The notes under the pieces are model-generated. The model saw nothing but the letters and a program-made list of their open reading frames with translations. It was not told where the DNA came from and ran no database searches. Source: Squalus acanthias (Eukaryota). From it: 64,000 nucleotides of DNA. The stretch is from positions 169,634,001-169,698,000 of the forward strand of contig CM059425.1 of the NCBI GenBank assembly GCA_030390025.1, given 5' to 3'. Numbering within the stretch: the stretch's first letter is position 1; each line of letters starts with the position of its first letter. A program made the position numbers and the translations under genes. This document shows positions 1-12,526 of this stretch, piece after piece.

Positions 1-48
1 ATCTGTGTTTATATTCTATGAACTTTTGTAGATTCACTCAGTGTAACT

Positions 49-88
49 TTACCTGAAGAAGGGGCAGGATAGCTCCGAAAGCTTGTAA
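49..88 (+). ncRNA. Minimal type I hammerhead ribozyme-like motif in a Penelope-type terminal repeat (repeat about 45-141)
   Basis: ttac-CTGAAGA-a-ggggc(aggata)gctcc-GAAA-gc-TT-gtaa: stem I ttac/gtaa, core CUGANGA, 5-bp stem II, GAAA, palindromic AGCU stem III, UH. A second copy of the repeat lies at 12489-12580. Confidence 0.7.
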
Positions 89-1687
89 TTTTAAATAAAT
101 CTGTTGGACTATAACCAGGTGTTGTGCGACTTCTCATTTTTATCTGAATTGAGTGTATGCAGGCATATGATGGAATAACTTAATAACACAAACTGAACAT
201 AGCTGTATTTCTGACAACATGGTCAAGTGCTCCATAGCCATTCAATTATTTGGTTCTTGGAATAGTTAACAGGTGACTTGTGTAACTTTCAAAATATGCA
301 AAAGATTGATATTAACAAATATGTTTTCTGTGAGCTTTCAATGTTGAATGTTGTAAAGTAGATTTAAAGAAGTAGTTGAACTATATGGACATTTATTAAT
401 TCATTGTTCAGATGAACATAGTTACAATAAATTTTGTTATTCACAAAAGTCGTCATAGCTATGCAGAATGAGGGGTCAATAAATTTCAGAATTTGAACCT
501 GTTACCTTATACAACAACAAAAACTTACATTTAATGCCTTTAATGTAGAAAAAACATCTGACTTCAACAGAGTGGTTGCTGAGAATGTTGACTCGCACAA
601 CGAGACATGACAGACCCGCCCCTGCTCCCCATCCAGAACGTGGTTGGATTCTGCTAGTCCTTTGCCATGACCTGCCCTGTTGGAGCTGCTCCTTATTAGT
701 TCAGCTTGCTTTAGTCTGTTGGCCTGCAGCGGCTTTTCCGATTGGTTGAGCTGAACATGATCACTGCTCCCCTCTCCATACAATGTTGTTGGTGCCATGG
801 TGCTGAAGTCTGGTGCTTTCACCCGTGTTAAACACCATTTTAGCAGATAACCAATAAGGGGTGACCAAGGAAGTAAAGCAGACACAACGTTCAAAACACA
901 TTCGCACACTCTACTTTTTGAGTTACCATTTTACCAACTAATGCACAAAAAGGTTAAAATACACATGCATACACCATGGAAACATGAGTAATGAGATCAC
1001 ATGCCCAACAACAGTGGCTATTACTCAATATTTTTTTACTGATCAAAAATGCAATTAGCCCATTTGGATTCCCAATTAGCTGCATGTACATAACCCATTT
1101 GTATTTGAGCTATTCATGAGTAATTCAGTCCCCCTCACACACAGGAAGAATATAGCAGTCAACACTATAATAGCAAGAATCCTCTTGTTGCCCAACTGTA
1201 ACTGTAGATAGTTAATTAAATAAGCACTTCATTCCTACTAGAACATTTAATTGTCTAATGAAAGAAATGTAATGTTTTTATTATGAAAAAATACTTATCA
1301 ATTTTACCAACTGTTAATGTGTGCTTTCAATTTAGGTTTGCAGTTACAGCAATTAGCATTCAGAAAAATTCCAGTGTAGTGTTGTATGAAATTGGAAATT
1401 TCATGATACAGTTTAATTTTTGCACTTTGATTTATCACTCCAACTAAAAGCCATTGTAGTAACAGATGTTGTCACACCTGCATGACAGGACATTATCAGT
1501 GAAATGTTGTGCTGCACTGCTGCACAGCAATATTAGCAAGTATGTACTCTGAGCTTCTCAATAACATTTATTCTGTACTTTCTGCTCATGGCAAATGCTT
1601 GGTTCTCCCTTTTGATATTCTTCATTGTCCATTATATAAAAAAACAGCTGTAATAGCTTTCCCAATAGCTGACTAAATAAAATGTTC

Positions 1688-1800
1688 TTTTTCAGTCATT
1701 CTTGAGATGTGGGCATCACTGGCAAGGCTGGCATTTTTTGCCCATCCTTAGTACAACTGAATGGCTTACTTCAGAAGGCAATTAAGAGTCAACCTCACAG
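1688..1800 (-). mobile_element. 3' tail fragment of the second (L2/CR1-group) LINE family
   Basis: Reverse complement matches the tails at 35410-35478 and 52683-52746 (ggatgggcaa..gccttgccagtga.gcccacatc). Confidence 0.6.
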
Positions 1801-2044
1801 CTTACTAAATAAAATGTCAAAGAAGAAAACCTGGAGAAACAATGACCCTGAAATTTCTGGGTTGGGGGAAGGTGTATGTCGGCAATTATGCTTTTGTGGG
1901 ATCAAGAATTTCTGACGGGGCTAATTTATGCCAGCGTTCTATTGCAGAAGTGCCCCAGTATAAATTCCATTCAATGTTAGTGCGCGCTGAAGCTCACATC
2001 CTCCCAGTGGCAGCCACATGTAAATGACAGATTTAGATGTGGAA

Positions 2045-2262
2045 TTCCCTTCCTAAACCTCACCGCCCCGCCACCTCTCTTTCCCCTTTTAAGACACTCC
2101 TTAAAACCTACCTCTTTGACCAAGCTTTTGGTCACCTTTCCTAATGTCTGCTTCTTTGGCTCGATGTCATTTTTTTTTGATAATGCTCCTGTGAAGCGCC
2201 TTGGGATGTTTTACTTTGTTAAAGGTGCTATATAAATGCAAGTCGTTGTTGCTGTTGTTGTT
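2045..2262 (+). mobile_element. L2-type LINE/SINE 3' end nested in element M
   Basis: ttaaaacctacctctttgaccaagc...gtgaagcgccttggga...aaaggtgctatataaatgcaag followed by a (gtt)n tail. Confidence 0.65.
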
Positions 2263-2535
2263 AAGACAGGATGATGTCACTTGTCCTAAATGCAGTGACT
2301 TTCACATTCACATTCGCCCTTGAGAATGTGGACCACTTTTCAAAAGACCCGTTCATCAATGTGGAGATGTGTGGTTAAAGGGACAGTGCTCAACTAAGAT
2401 TGTTTGTGGACTCACTGCAGGTATTGGAAGTGTTGTTTCACTGTTATACTCAGGAAGCCTTCCCCTACATTCTGCATTACCCTTGTAAATAATTCTATTT
2501 CAAGACAATTACCAGCCTCAACAGTGTCTTTGCCA

Positions 2536-2800
2536 ATGGGAATCCCACTTTACATGATGTATATGCTGGAGGAAGAGGAGCAGCAGGATGTTGTAAGGGA
2601 AGCCAAATTAATTAGGCAGCACTAGAAGAGAGCCAGACTATCCCAGCACTACTCATCCAGCAGGATGTATAGGCCCAGAGACACTTTCCATGACCTTTCT
2701 CAGGAGTTCTGTCTCAAGAGGCTGTGCTTCAAAGCTTTGAAGGAGCTCTGCTTTTTGTTGCAGCTAAATCTGCAACCAAGGTCCACAGCATGGCTGTAAA
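2536..2800 (+). pseudogene. Harbinger transposase N-terminal remnant
   Basis: MGIPLY...EEEEQQ...*KRARL...RMYRPRDTFHDLSQEFCLKRLCFK parallels VFREHFSYLQLSNEQCIRRLRFSK of the transposase at 8127-9329. Confidence 0.65.
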
Positions 2801-4194
2801 CTCCAAATGTAAACTCCCATATTTATGTGAACTGCAAAGGCTTCTGGGACAAGGGATATGGTATTGTGTGATAACCCAAAGAGCAATGTTTGACTGTTGT
2901 ACTGGAGAAGACCCATTTCCTTCTCTGTTATTCAGTTATCTGCCTGTTACTCATCTGCAAACACAGTCATCTTTGCTGACCTAGTGAGGTCGTCAATCTT
3001 CTTCCACATTGCAAGGGTGTCCTTGGGGTTACGGAGGTCCCACTCATAAGCACAGCCATCTCCTTCCACCTGGCCCGTGATGCTACATGTGATGACTATT
3101 TTTCGAGTACTCCACATCAGCCTCAGTGAAGTTAGAAGGTCACCTTTTCCATTGTGTCACACCAGTCATTTTAGTCTCTCTTCTAAGAGCTTGCTCAGCC
3201 CTTTAGCTGCATGCTGTCCTTAAAATATGGAAGTTTCATCCTAGCTCATCCCCCTTTTTGATGTTTCTGCCGCATCTCACTGCCACCCGCCCACCGCCCC
3301 TCACTCCATGACTAGCCCCCTACTGGCGGGACTCTCACCCTTGTCACACCAGCATTATTGAAATTAGGTGATCCTAGGATTTCTGACTGAGTTAGCCTCA
3401 TGGGATTTTGGCAGGGATAAGTCCTGCCCCATCGCACTTAAGCTGCCACATCGGGGTTCCAGGAATTTTCAGGCCAATGTTTTTAATGCAAAGAGCAAAG
3501 CATAAACTGCACAAGTGGAAATGGCATATTTTAACACTAATGATATTAGTCAGTAAATATCGCTGAAGAGACAGTTTGTCCTCTCTGTAGCCCTGCTTAA
3601 ATCAAAGCTATTAATAATGAAGCTAAAACATGGGCATTAAATCTTCCAATTAGCATTAATAGAATGGCAGCACTAATGCCATAAGTGACATGCTTTCATT
3701 GCTAGTTTTCAGCTTTTCAACTACAGTAGATTTACAGCCAAGTTGAACTTTCCTATCTACAAAACCCAGCGTTAAAGCCACCCACCGTATTGAAATGCAT
3801 TCAATTTTCTTACATAATTCCAGCATTAAATCATTGCTGTGTTAAGATCAACCGTCACCTCTCGAACATTTTCATCGCAAATACATCTCTTTAGTTCCTG
3901 ATATGCGAGATGCACCAGCTATCATTCTTACACATGTGAAGCAGGAGAAAGAACAGATGGGAAAAGTTAGTTGTGCCTTCTTGAATAGGATTTTCATTCA
4001 ATACCATAGCTTTATCAGGAAAGACTTTCTCTAGGTCAGAATTATGCTCCAGATGGTCTATCTCATTGTAAAAGCGGAAAAGTAGTCTCAAGATGCTGGA
4101 AGTTGAAGCAGCATATGCACAGTGACAGACATGTGGACAGCCTGCAAACCAAGCTGGGTATCAGTAATCGACTACAGATCACACTAGGTTGTGT

Positions 4195-4994
4195 TAGAAA
4201 CATAGAAACATAGAAGATAGAAACAGGAGGAGGCCATTCAGCCCCTCGAGCCTGTTCCGCCATTTAATGAGATCATGGCTGATCATCCAAATTCAGTACC
4301 CTGTCCCTGCTTTCTCCCCATATCCCTTGATCCCTTTAGCCTTAAGGAATATATCTAACTCCTTCTTGAATATATTTAATGAATTGGCCTCAACTGCCTT
4401 GTGTGGTAGAGAATTCCACAGGTTCACCACTCTCTGGGTGAAGAAATTCCTCCTCATCTCAGTCTTAAATGGCTTACCCCTTATCCTTAGACTGTGACCC
4501 CTGGTTCTGGACTCCCCCGCCATCGGGAACATCCTTCCTGCATCTAGTCTGTCTAGTCCTGTTAGAATTTTATAAGTTTCAATGAGATCCCCTCTCATTC
4601 TTCTAAACTCGAGCGAATATAAGCCTAATCGACCCAATCTCTCCTCATACGTCATTCCTGCCATCCCAGGTATCAGTCTGGTGAATCTTCGCTGCACTCT
4701 CTCCATGGCAAGAACATCCTTCCTCAGATAAGGTGACCAAAACTGCACACAATACTCAAGGTGTGGTCTCACCAAGGCCCTGTACAACTGCAGCAAGACA
4801 TCCTTGCTCCTGTAGTCGAATCCTCTCGCTATGAAGGCCAACATACCATTTGCCTTCTTAACCACCTGCTGCACTTGCATGCTTACCTTCAGCGACTGGT
4901 GCACAAGGACACCCAGGTCTCGTTGCACTTCCCCTTTTCCCAATCTATTGCCGTTCAGAAAATAATCTGTCTTCTGTTTTTGCCACCGAAGTGT
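4195..4994 (-). mobile_element. 5'-truncated CR1 LINE (ORF2 C-terminus and 3' tail)
   Basis: [42 protein letters not shown] motifs; (tagaaaca)n tail at 4195-4215. Confidence 0.95.
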
Positions 4995-5000
4995 TACAAT

Positions 5001-5765
5001 GGGCCAAAACTTCGGCACTTGCCGGGTGAGTACGCACTGTGTACTCACCCGCAAGGCCTCCTGAAGTGCCGGTTTCCTGCATGCACTGCGCATGCGCGGG
5101 AAACCGGAACTTCCGGTCTGGTGAAGGGAGCGGTTCAGAGGTGAACCGCGTGCACGGTAGAGGCTGCGCGCACGCAGCAAACTTAGGGTTTTTTTTCAGG
5201 TTTCTCCGGGAGGGTAAGTATTGAAGAACCTGCGCTTTTAAAAAGGAGGCGCAGAACCCGTTTTCAACAAGGTAAGTGGTTAATTAATTATAATTTAAAA
5301 AAATTTCAACAGGTTTATCTTTTTTAGATACTTTAAAGAAAGGTAAGTTTATTTTTAGCACTGTTAAAAAGTATTTTAATTTTTTCAAAAATTTTAATTT
5401 TTGTTTAAAGTAGTTAATTTATTTAACTTATAGTTATTTTATAAATGTGATGGGTTTTTAAAAAATTATTTGAAGTTTAGCTGTTCTTTTGGGGCCGATT
5501 TCAATTCATAGATTTGACAGGTCTTCCTGTCAAATCTATGAATGAAAGATGGTCTGCTGCCATTGGCTCTCCATGGCCCCCATGATCCCAGGGGACGCAT
5601 CGCACTAACTACGCCCCTGGGACACGCAAGCACTGCGCGCCGGCACTTGGAGCAGGCCCAGGAGCTGAAGTTCCCGTGGGCCCAGAGGTCAACGGCAGGC
5701 GCGGTAGGTAAGTGCGCGCGCGATCCTTACCCCCGTGGCAAGCCGGAGAGGTGAATTTCAGGGCC
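5001..5765. mobile_element. Harbinger-type MITE (F), GC-rich ends with AT-rich core
   Basis: Ends GGGCCAAAACTTC / rc GGCCCTGAAATTC; TSD AAT at 4998-5000 and 5766-5768; related copies at 36490, 40490 and 48263. Confidence 0.8.
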
Positions 5766-6212
5766 AATGACCTGAGGTATAATATCTTTGGAGGATGTGG
5801 TAGCGCTTTCAGTTGTAAGACTTGAAGCTGTGCTCGACTGAGATGTGCATGCTGTAAATTTATGTGAGGCCTTGGAATACTTGTACAGTGAATTGGCATA
5901 GGTTGACAGGCAATGCAGCATATAATCTTAGTCTATCTACCTAATATATGGTACTGTAAGATTAACATACTTAGCCAAATTTCTTAGCCAGGAATGGGCG
6001 CTAGCTTCTGAAAAGTTTGAGATTTAGCGCTAGGCACTAATGAATCACGCTGCATGCAAAATTCAGTGTCATTGCTCAAAGAAAGGATGGGAGTGCTAAA
6101 TCAAGTGCTAATGACCTAGCTCAGTGGCGTTAGACTCAAAGCGCTAAGCAATTTCAGGTGCAGTCTAATCGTTAGTCATCATTGCCACAGGCTCTTTCCA
6201 GTTCTTAAAGGG

Positions 6213-7978
6213 GTGCTGTACCCAACAAGTGGCAGGAGGCCCTCGCCACAAGTCTTCTGCACCATGTGCAAGGAGGTAGCCCAGCACGTCTCGGGCAGCA
6301 CTGTGGTCCGCAGGACCCACACACAGTGCAGGAAGAAATTTAACGACCTCACTCGGGTGGTCAGGGTGAGTGAAGGCTTCAACAAATGCTACATACCACC
6401 ATCTGACACTGCCCAAAGCACCACACCCCCCGCACTCATCCACCAACAATCTCCACCTACCAACACTCACACCCACATCTCGCACACAATGACATCTATT
6501 CAACTATGGCAGGCATATCTCCCAAACACATTGCTCCACACTCACTCACACACTTTCCTCTCTCTTGCAGGCCAAGGTTGCTCACAACAGGAGGGAGCAG
6601 GAGCGTACAGGTGGGGGACAACCTGACACCCAACCACTTTCTGAGCTGGAGGAAAGAGTGCTGCAAATCATTGGGTGCCAGGTGGTGGGCACTGTGGCCA
6701 CCAGCAACGTTGACCCCCTTGGGGACAACAATGGTATGTTCATCCCTACTCCTTCTTCTCACACCCCATTTCCCCCTCACCCCACAAGCCTTTCCCACTT
6801 TCCAGCTAATCATGCTGCATGCATGCCTTTCTCCCTTCCTGCCCCCTCCCCTCACCTTAACCCGACCCTTGTGCCTTTATGCTTTCAGATAATGAGCAAG
6901 CACCTGAGCAGCCTGTCCCTGAGGGCACCATAGAGAGCAAGGCGGAAGAAGAGGAGGACGAAGAACACGCCGCGTCACTGCATGTCTCATCCGCAGGCAC
7001 CAGCTCAGATACTGGCACTACGCTTCCTTAAGAGGCAGTACAGTAGCTGGATCTACACAGAATGATGCACCGGGGATGAGTGGGCTGCAGCAAAGCCAGA
7101 GGGAAAGGGTAGCTTGGGGGCCAGCTCCCCAGAGGGCGAGTTCGCGCGCGAGTTCTGCTGCACAGGACTCAGATGAGGACCTCGATGGGGATGCCTTTAG
7201 AAGAAGGGTCATGGGCATGCACACGGAGATGATAGGTGCAATGGCAAGAGTGCCTGAGAGCCTCTCGGCAATGGAGACGTCCACCTCCAACATTGCACAA
7301 GGCTCTGTGCACACCATGGAGCCCATCATTTGCAGTCTGCAACGGATGGTAGACTCCCAGAGTGACTGTGGCGACCCAGACCTGACGCCACGTGTGATGG
7401 GCGATGTCGCAGCTTCCATTGCAGCACAGGCGGAAGCCACGCAACATCTTGGTGCTGTAATGCTGTCTATGCTTGGTGCCATCGATTCTCAGACTGCTCT
7501 CCTGCAGTCTCAGTTTGATGCCACGCAAGCTCTGACTGCTGCCATCGTGGCTGGGTCGACCACCGTCCACCGGGGCTTTCATGGTGTCGCAGCAGGCCAG
7601 CAATCTGTGCTCCAGCAGATTGCTAGTGATGCTGAGGTGCTGCCCCGGGGGAGTGGCAGTGGGTCAGTGGAGCAGGAAGCTACTGTCCTCTCTCAGGATG
7701 ACAGCATTCCTGCTCCCACCACTGGCACTCCGCCATTGCCCTTATCGCTGCCTGTCATCCAGCCAGACCAGATTGCTGCCGCCCATGCCAAGGTGGTACA
7801 GTCTACAGCCGGGCCTTCCAGGCCCAGAGCTGGTCGAGGACATCTTGCAAGGCCATCTGAAGTCTCCCACACGAACACTCAGCAGCCTTCCACCACTGGG
7901 CCAACACTTCGTAGGAGCACTAGAGTAGGCAAAGGCACAGTAACGAGGGGCACTAAGGGATTGCACAAGGGTGAATAG
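6213..7978 (+). pseudogene. Harbinger Myb/SANT-like DNA-binding protein gene, 3 exons (about 6213-6365, 6571-6733, 6889-7978)
   Basis: VLYP...KEVAQHVS...RTHTQCRKKFNDL|gtgagt; ttgcag|AKVAHNRREQERTGGG...LSELEERVLQIIG|gtatgt; ttcag|acidic stretch then long C-terminal ORF. Splice phases match (0 and 1). One frameshift near 7025; start codon region missing. Confidence 0.85.
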
Positions 7979-8126
7979 TTAATATTGTTGTTGTAAATAT
8001 GTGTTCACTGACTATTGATAAATATATTAATTGGCTTTGGATGATTTTAGCTTTGCGCTGTGATATGGCCTGCTACAGGGATGGAATGATGGGAATGTGG
8101 TGAACAATGGGGATCTGGGGTTTAAT

Positions 8127-9329
8127 TTATTGGAACCGCAGTCTGATGAGGCGGTCACAGACCGCCCTTCCAGAAGGCCGATTGAGTGGCTGCCTCCTCC
8201 CTCGCTCCTGTTCCTCCTCCTCCTCCACCTCCTCCTTGTCTTCCTCTTCCTCCTCATCCTCGTCCTCTTCCTCCTCTCCCTCTTTCTCCTCCTGAGGTGG
8301 TCCTACAATCTCTGGTGGCAAGGGCTGGGCCCTCATGATGGTCAAGTTGTGGAGCATGCAGCAGACCATGACAAAATGGGACACCTGCTCCGGCGTGTAC
8401 TGGAGCGCTCCTCCCGAGCAGTCAAGGCAGCGGAACTGTTGCTTGAGCACCCCAATAGTTTGCTCAATGGTGTTCCTGGTGGCAGCATGGCTGTCATTAT
8501 ATGAGTGCTGAGCAGAAGTGCTGGGGTTGTGGAGGGGAGTCATGAGCCAGGTGGAGAGTGGAAAGCCCTTGTCTCTGACCAGCCAGCTGCGAGCTTGATG
8601 TGACGGCTGGAAGAGTGCTGGCACACTGGTCTGGCGGAGGATGAAGGCATCGTGGCTGCTGCCAGGATAGTAGGCATTCACATTGAGGATTCACTGTCTG
8701 TGGTCGCACACCAACTGCACATTAAGTGAGTGATAGCCTTTGGGGTTATGGAAGACTTCAGGATTGTTATGTGGTGCCCGCAAAGCCACATGGGTGCAGT
8801 CAATGACACCCTGCACCATGGGGAAGCCCACTATCCTGGCAAAACCACATGCACATTCGTCCTGCTTCTCTCTGGTGATGGGGAAGGAAATTTAGTCCCT
8901 TCTCCTACTGTAGAGAGCCTCTGTGACCTCCCGAATGCAACGATGGACGGACAACTACGAAATGTTCGCTATAACTCCTGTTGCAGACTGGAAGGAACCG
9001 CTGGTGAAGAAATTGAGGGCGATGGTGACCTTGACTGCCACTGAGAGAGCCGTGGTTGACCTGATCTGAGGTTCGAGGTCTGGTTGCAGGAGGTGGCAGA
9101 GTTTGGTGACCACATCTTTGCTGAAGCGGAGCCTTCTAATGCACTGCTCGTTGCTTAATTGGAGGTAGGAGAAGTGCTCTCGGAATACCTTCAGAGGGCA
9201 AGGCCTCCTGTTGAGAGCCCTGATGGCCCTCCTCCTCCATCTGGCCACATCTTACAATCTTTCTCGCTGCCTCCGCTCCCTCCGCAGTAGATCCTGGAGG
9301 GCGAGGTCGACTGCCAGTACAGCCCCCAT
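8127..9329 (-). pseudogene. Harbinger (HARBI1-like, DDE_Tnp_4) transposase, 400 codons, 4 in-frame stops
   Basis: Single frame from ATG 9329 to TAA 8127: GFPMVQGVIDCTH, KGYHSLNVQLVCD, PGSSHDAFIL, RDKGFPL, RNTIEQTIGVLKQQFRCL, acidic tail. Stops at about 9252, 8955, 8892 and 8691. Confidence 0.95.
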
Positions 9330-11263
9330 TAATGTAACAATGTGTAGCACTTTGAAATTTTGTCAGAATAAATGTAACAAATTTTTAGTAGCCACAACAC
9401 TCTGATACTAAAGAACCTTTAAATGACTGAATTAAACTCTTGCACAATCGCAAATGACAAGGAAGCAGTGAAACAGCTTAACCTGACAGCTGCGACTGAT
9501 CTTATTGAATAGCACCCCTGGAGCTGCCATCCACCTGCTTCACGCCTCCTCTTCCTGTCATTGTTGGAGTGAGGGGCTAAGGCAGTTGGCGATAATCAAT
9601 TTGGCAGATTGGGCGCTGAGTGAGCGTTGCACACTCACTGACGTCACGATCTGCCTGGCGTTAAAGCCCCAGGCGCTAACTGTTAGTGGCGGCGCTAAGG
9701 GGTGACTGGATTTGGCGTGCGGCGCTGGATTCGCCTCGTCCTGACACTACTTCATTAGTGCCCCGCTAGTGCCCCCGCTAGGCATTAACGGGAGGCGCTA
9801 ACCAAACTAATTTCTCCCCCATAGTGTTGAGCACAGTCATTACCTGCAGCCAAGAATGGTCCACTACGGTCCTCTGATGGGTGTCCTAATGTGCAAAGCA
9901 GAGCAGCTCTCCTCACACATGCCTTATGCACCTGCTTGTCCATTTTGCCAGCCATCAAACAGTGAGTCAGGTGATGTGCTGCTCTGTCATTTGGCCACAG
10001 ATTCTGTTTCGTGCCTCAACATTGGGTCTACTTTCACTTCATTTTTGCCTCCATCTTCTGCCCCCCTCAAGAGAGCTAACCACAGAAAATTGCAAGTCAG
10101 ACCTCTGTTGGCTAGTTTTGTGCCAACTGCTAGCCAGAAAAGGTTAAACTTAGCCTGGAACAGAAAGTCAACCCTTTTATATTTAGTCCTAAGTATTTTA
10201 TACTAGTGCTTTGGAAATTCATTCATTTGCAGTTCACTTTCACTAAATAGTTTTTCACACTCCAACATAACATCATTCTAATGACCTGCTTATAAATATC
10301 AGTTGAGTAACTTCCCCAGTTGAGTTTATTAACTGGTTTGTGGATTGATAGTACTATCACCACACTACAAGGAAGAACGCAGTTCAATCACAATGGTAGT
10401 CACTTGTCAGATTGAGGCTAAATTACATAGAAAGAAAACCTGCTGATACAAAATTCTAGCACATTTCTAAGAACTCGGTTTTCTCTCAAAAAAGGCTCTA
10501 TTAAGTAACACTCGGTGAGGGGAAAAAAGTAATATTTAGAAATCAACATTTGGGAGGCCATTTGGTAACTCAGTAGAGCAGTTCCACAGTGCGGCTTAAA
10601 GACTTCCAAAAATATTGATTATTAAAGGTTTATGAAAGAATATATTGGGAATGGAAAAGTTGAAAGTGAAGATAGTTTCAGAGCAGAAGATCTAACCACA
10701 TGGTCACAGTTAATGCTTGTTCTGTCGCTGGAGCCTTTACAATCAGTTGAATACGTTCTCCCTTGGAAAGATTGCTTTTTTCTTAGCTGAACAACGACAC
10801 GGGAAGGAAAATGCAATGCCAATTAGACAAGATTGCCAGAAAGACTTGCAACGCAGTTACCTGTTAATTAGAAATAGTAAAAGAGCACAATCAAAGCATT
10901 GACATGCACCAATTGAGCAAAAATGGCCTGAGTGCCTGCTCTCTGACTAGGATTGTTGAAAGCTCCTTTTTGCCTCCATGGCTCGGAATCAATCATTTCT
11001 CTGTCAAATATTTGGAGGAGAGCCGCGACACTCATGCCTGTGCATATCACTAAGGCCAGCCTCATGAAGGAGTTATGCAACTGTGTTCCAATAATGATTA
11101 ATCATTACATTTCAGAGAAAATAATTTACTCAAGCAGAAGTTCATGATAAATTCTATTTCCTTTTCAATGTAATTGTGAATGACCAAGGAAGATAGTTAA
11201 GTGGTAATTTGGGATATCTTTATTCTAATATCAGCCTGATAGCTACTCTCTCTAAACAAATCT

Positions 11264-12235
11264 ATGAACATATGAACAATCAAGGTCAGGTAAAGACCCT
11301 CTGGTCCATTGAGCCTGTCCTACACAATTGCGACACCTTGTGTATCACAATATAAACTCCACCCCACCCAAAACCATGTGATCTCCTGGGAGAGGCAAAA
11401 AAAACAGACAAACAACCCAGGCCAATTTGGGGGGAAAAAATCTGGGAAATTTCTCTCCGATCCATCTAGGCAATCGAAACTAGTCCAGGAGATCACTCTG
11501 GCCCTGGATTCCCTGCAGTACCTACCTTCTGTAAGAGGTGGTCTCCGCTCCAGACAGAAACAGGTCCAGCTCTCGCTTGAAGGAATTCAGTGAATTAGCA
11601 TCCACCACACGAGACAGTTGCCTGTTCCTGAGGTCCACTAGGAAAAGAACCACCTCCTGACATCTAACCTCGATCTCGTCTTATACAACTTAAATTTGTG
11701 ACCCCGGTCCTCCCTAATCTATTTAATTGAAACAAACAGTCAACTGGAACACAATCTATTCCCTTCATTATCTTATAAACCTCAATCAGATCACCTCTAA
11801 GTCTACATTTTTCTAAAGTGTAGAGTCCCAACTCTTTTAGCCTATCTTGATAACTATGATGCTTTACACTGGGAATTAGTCTAGTGGCCCTCCTCTGCAC
11901 CCTTTCCAAAGCCTCAATATCACCCACCATGCGAGGAGACCAAAACTGGACACAGTATTCCTAGTGCAGCCTGACTAAGGTCTTGTACAAGGGCAAAACA
12001 GTATGCCTCGTCTTATACTCAATTGTCCTATGGATACACCCCAACACCCTATTTTCTCCTGCTATCGCTTCACGGCATTGCTCATGTACCTTTAAAGATG
12101 TATGTACTAGAATGCCCAAATCTCTTTCTATCTCTACCTTTTTAAATGTTTTTCCCTGAAGGGATGTATGAATGTTGAGCATTTGTCCTGCCCACATGCA
12201 TAACACTGCACTTTTCTAAGTTATACATCTGATGG
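11264..12235 (-). mobile_element. 5'-truncated CR1 LINE, distinct subfamily
   Basis: [42 protein letters not shown]; (atgaacat)n tail. Confidence 0.9.
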
Positions 12236-12488
12236 GTATCCAGGTAGAACCTGTGAAAGGTATAAAGGCCTCTCCATCTGGTGTAATAGGAACTTCCTAA
12301 CCCAGTCAGATGGGCTTCATATAACAGAAACACTCCTGATTAAGCGTAAACCAACTTCAATAACATCTGCGTCAGAAAACATAGATCTAATTCAAAAACT
12401 ATTACATTAAACCTAAAAAGATGCATGCAGCAGGCTGGATGAATGAATAATTTTAAATATATGCTTTGTCGATTCGTATTCCTTCACT

Positions 12489-12526
12489 TCACCTGACGAA
12501 GGGGCAGCAGCTCCGAAAACTTGTGA
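12489..12526 (+). ncRNA. Minimal hammerhead-like motif, second copy of the Penelope-type tail (repeat to about 12580)
   Basis: tcac-CTGACGA-a-ggggc(agca)gctcc-GAAA-ac-TT-gtga; stem I tcac/gtga; stem III palindrome broken (AACU). Confidence 0.6.

Larger units (their letters stand above)
1844..3475 (+). mobile_element. Old non-autonomous Harbinger derivative (M)
   Basis: Imperfect TIRs GACCCTGAAATTTCTGG / rc GGCCTGAAAATTCCTGG; TSD AAT at 1841-1843 and 3476-3478; contains a transposase N-terminal remnant. Confidence 0.7.
5970..9820. mobile_element. Near full-length two-gene PIF/Harbinger transposon (A), inactivated
   Basis: Right TIR aatttctccccc ends at 9820. Both subterminal regions resemble the elements at 25702 and 27511. 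Convergent Myb/SANT and DDE transposase genes. Left TIR not recognisable, so the start is approximate. Confidence 0.9.

Noticed and set aside
502..909. 135-aa ORF
   Set aside because: No recognisable domain; ends in an L2-type tail remnant.
4293..5180. 295-aa ORF as a gene
   Set aside because: Chimeric read-through from MITE F into a truncated CR1 ORF2.
8127..9329. Domesticated host gene HARBI1 (or NAIF1/MSANTD for the partner)
   Set aside because: Multiple stops, an adjacent TIR and related non-autonomous copies show it is a transposon copy.
9844..10154. Minus-strand exon (ttccag| ... cag|gtaatg)
   Set aside because: Stops in all three frames between the splice-like sites.
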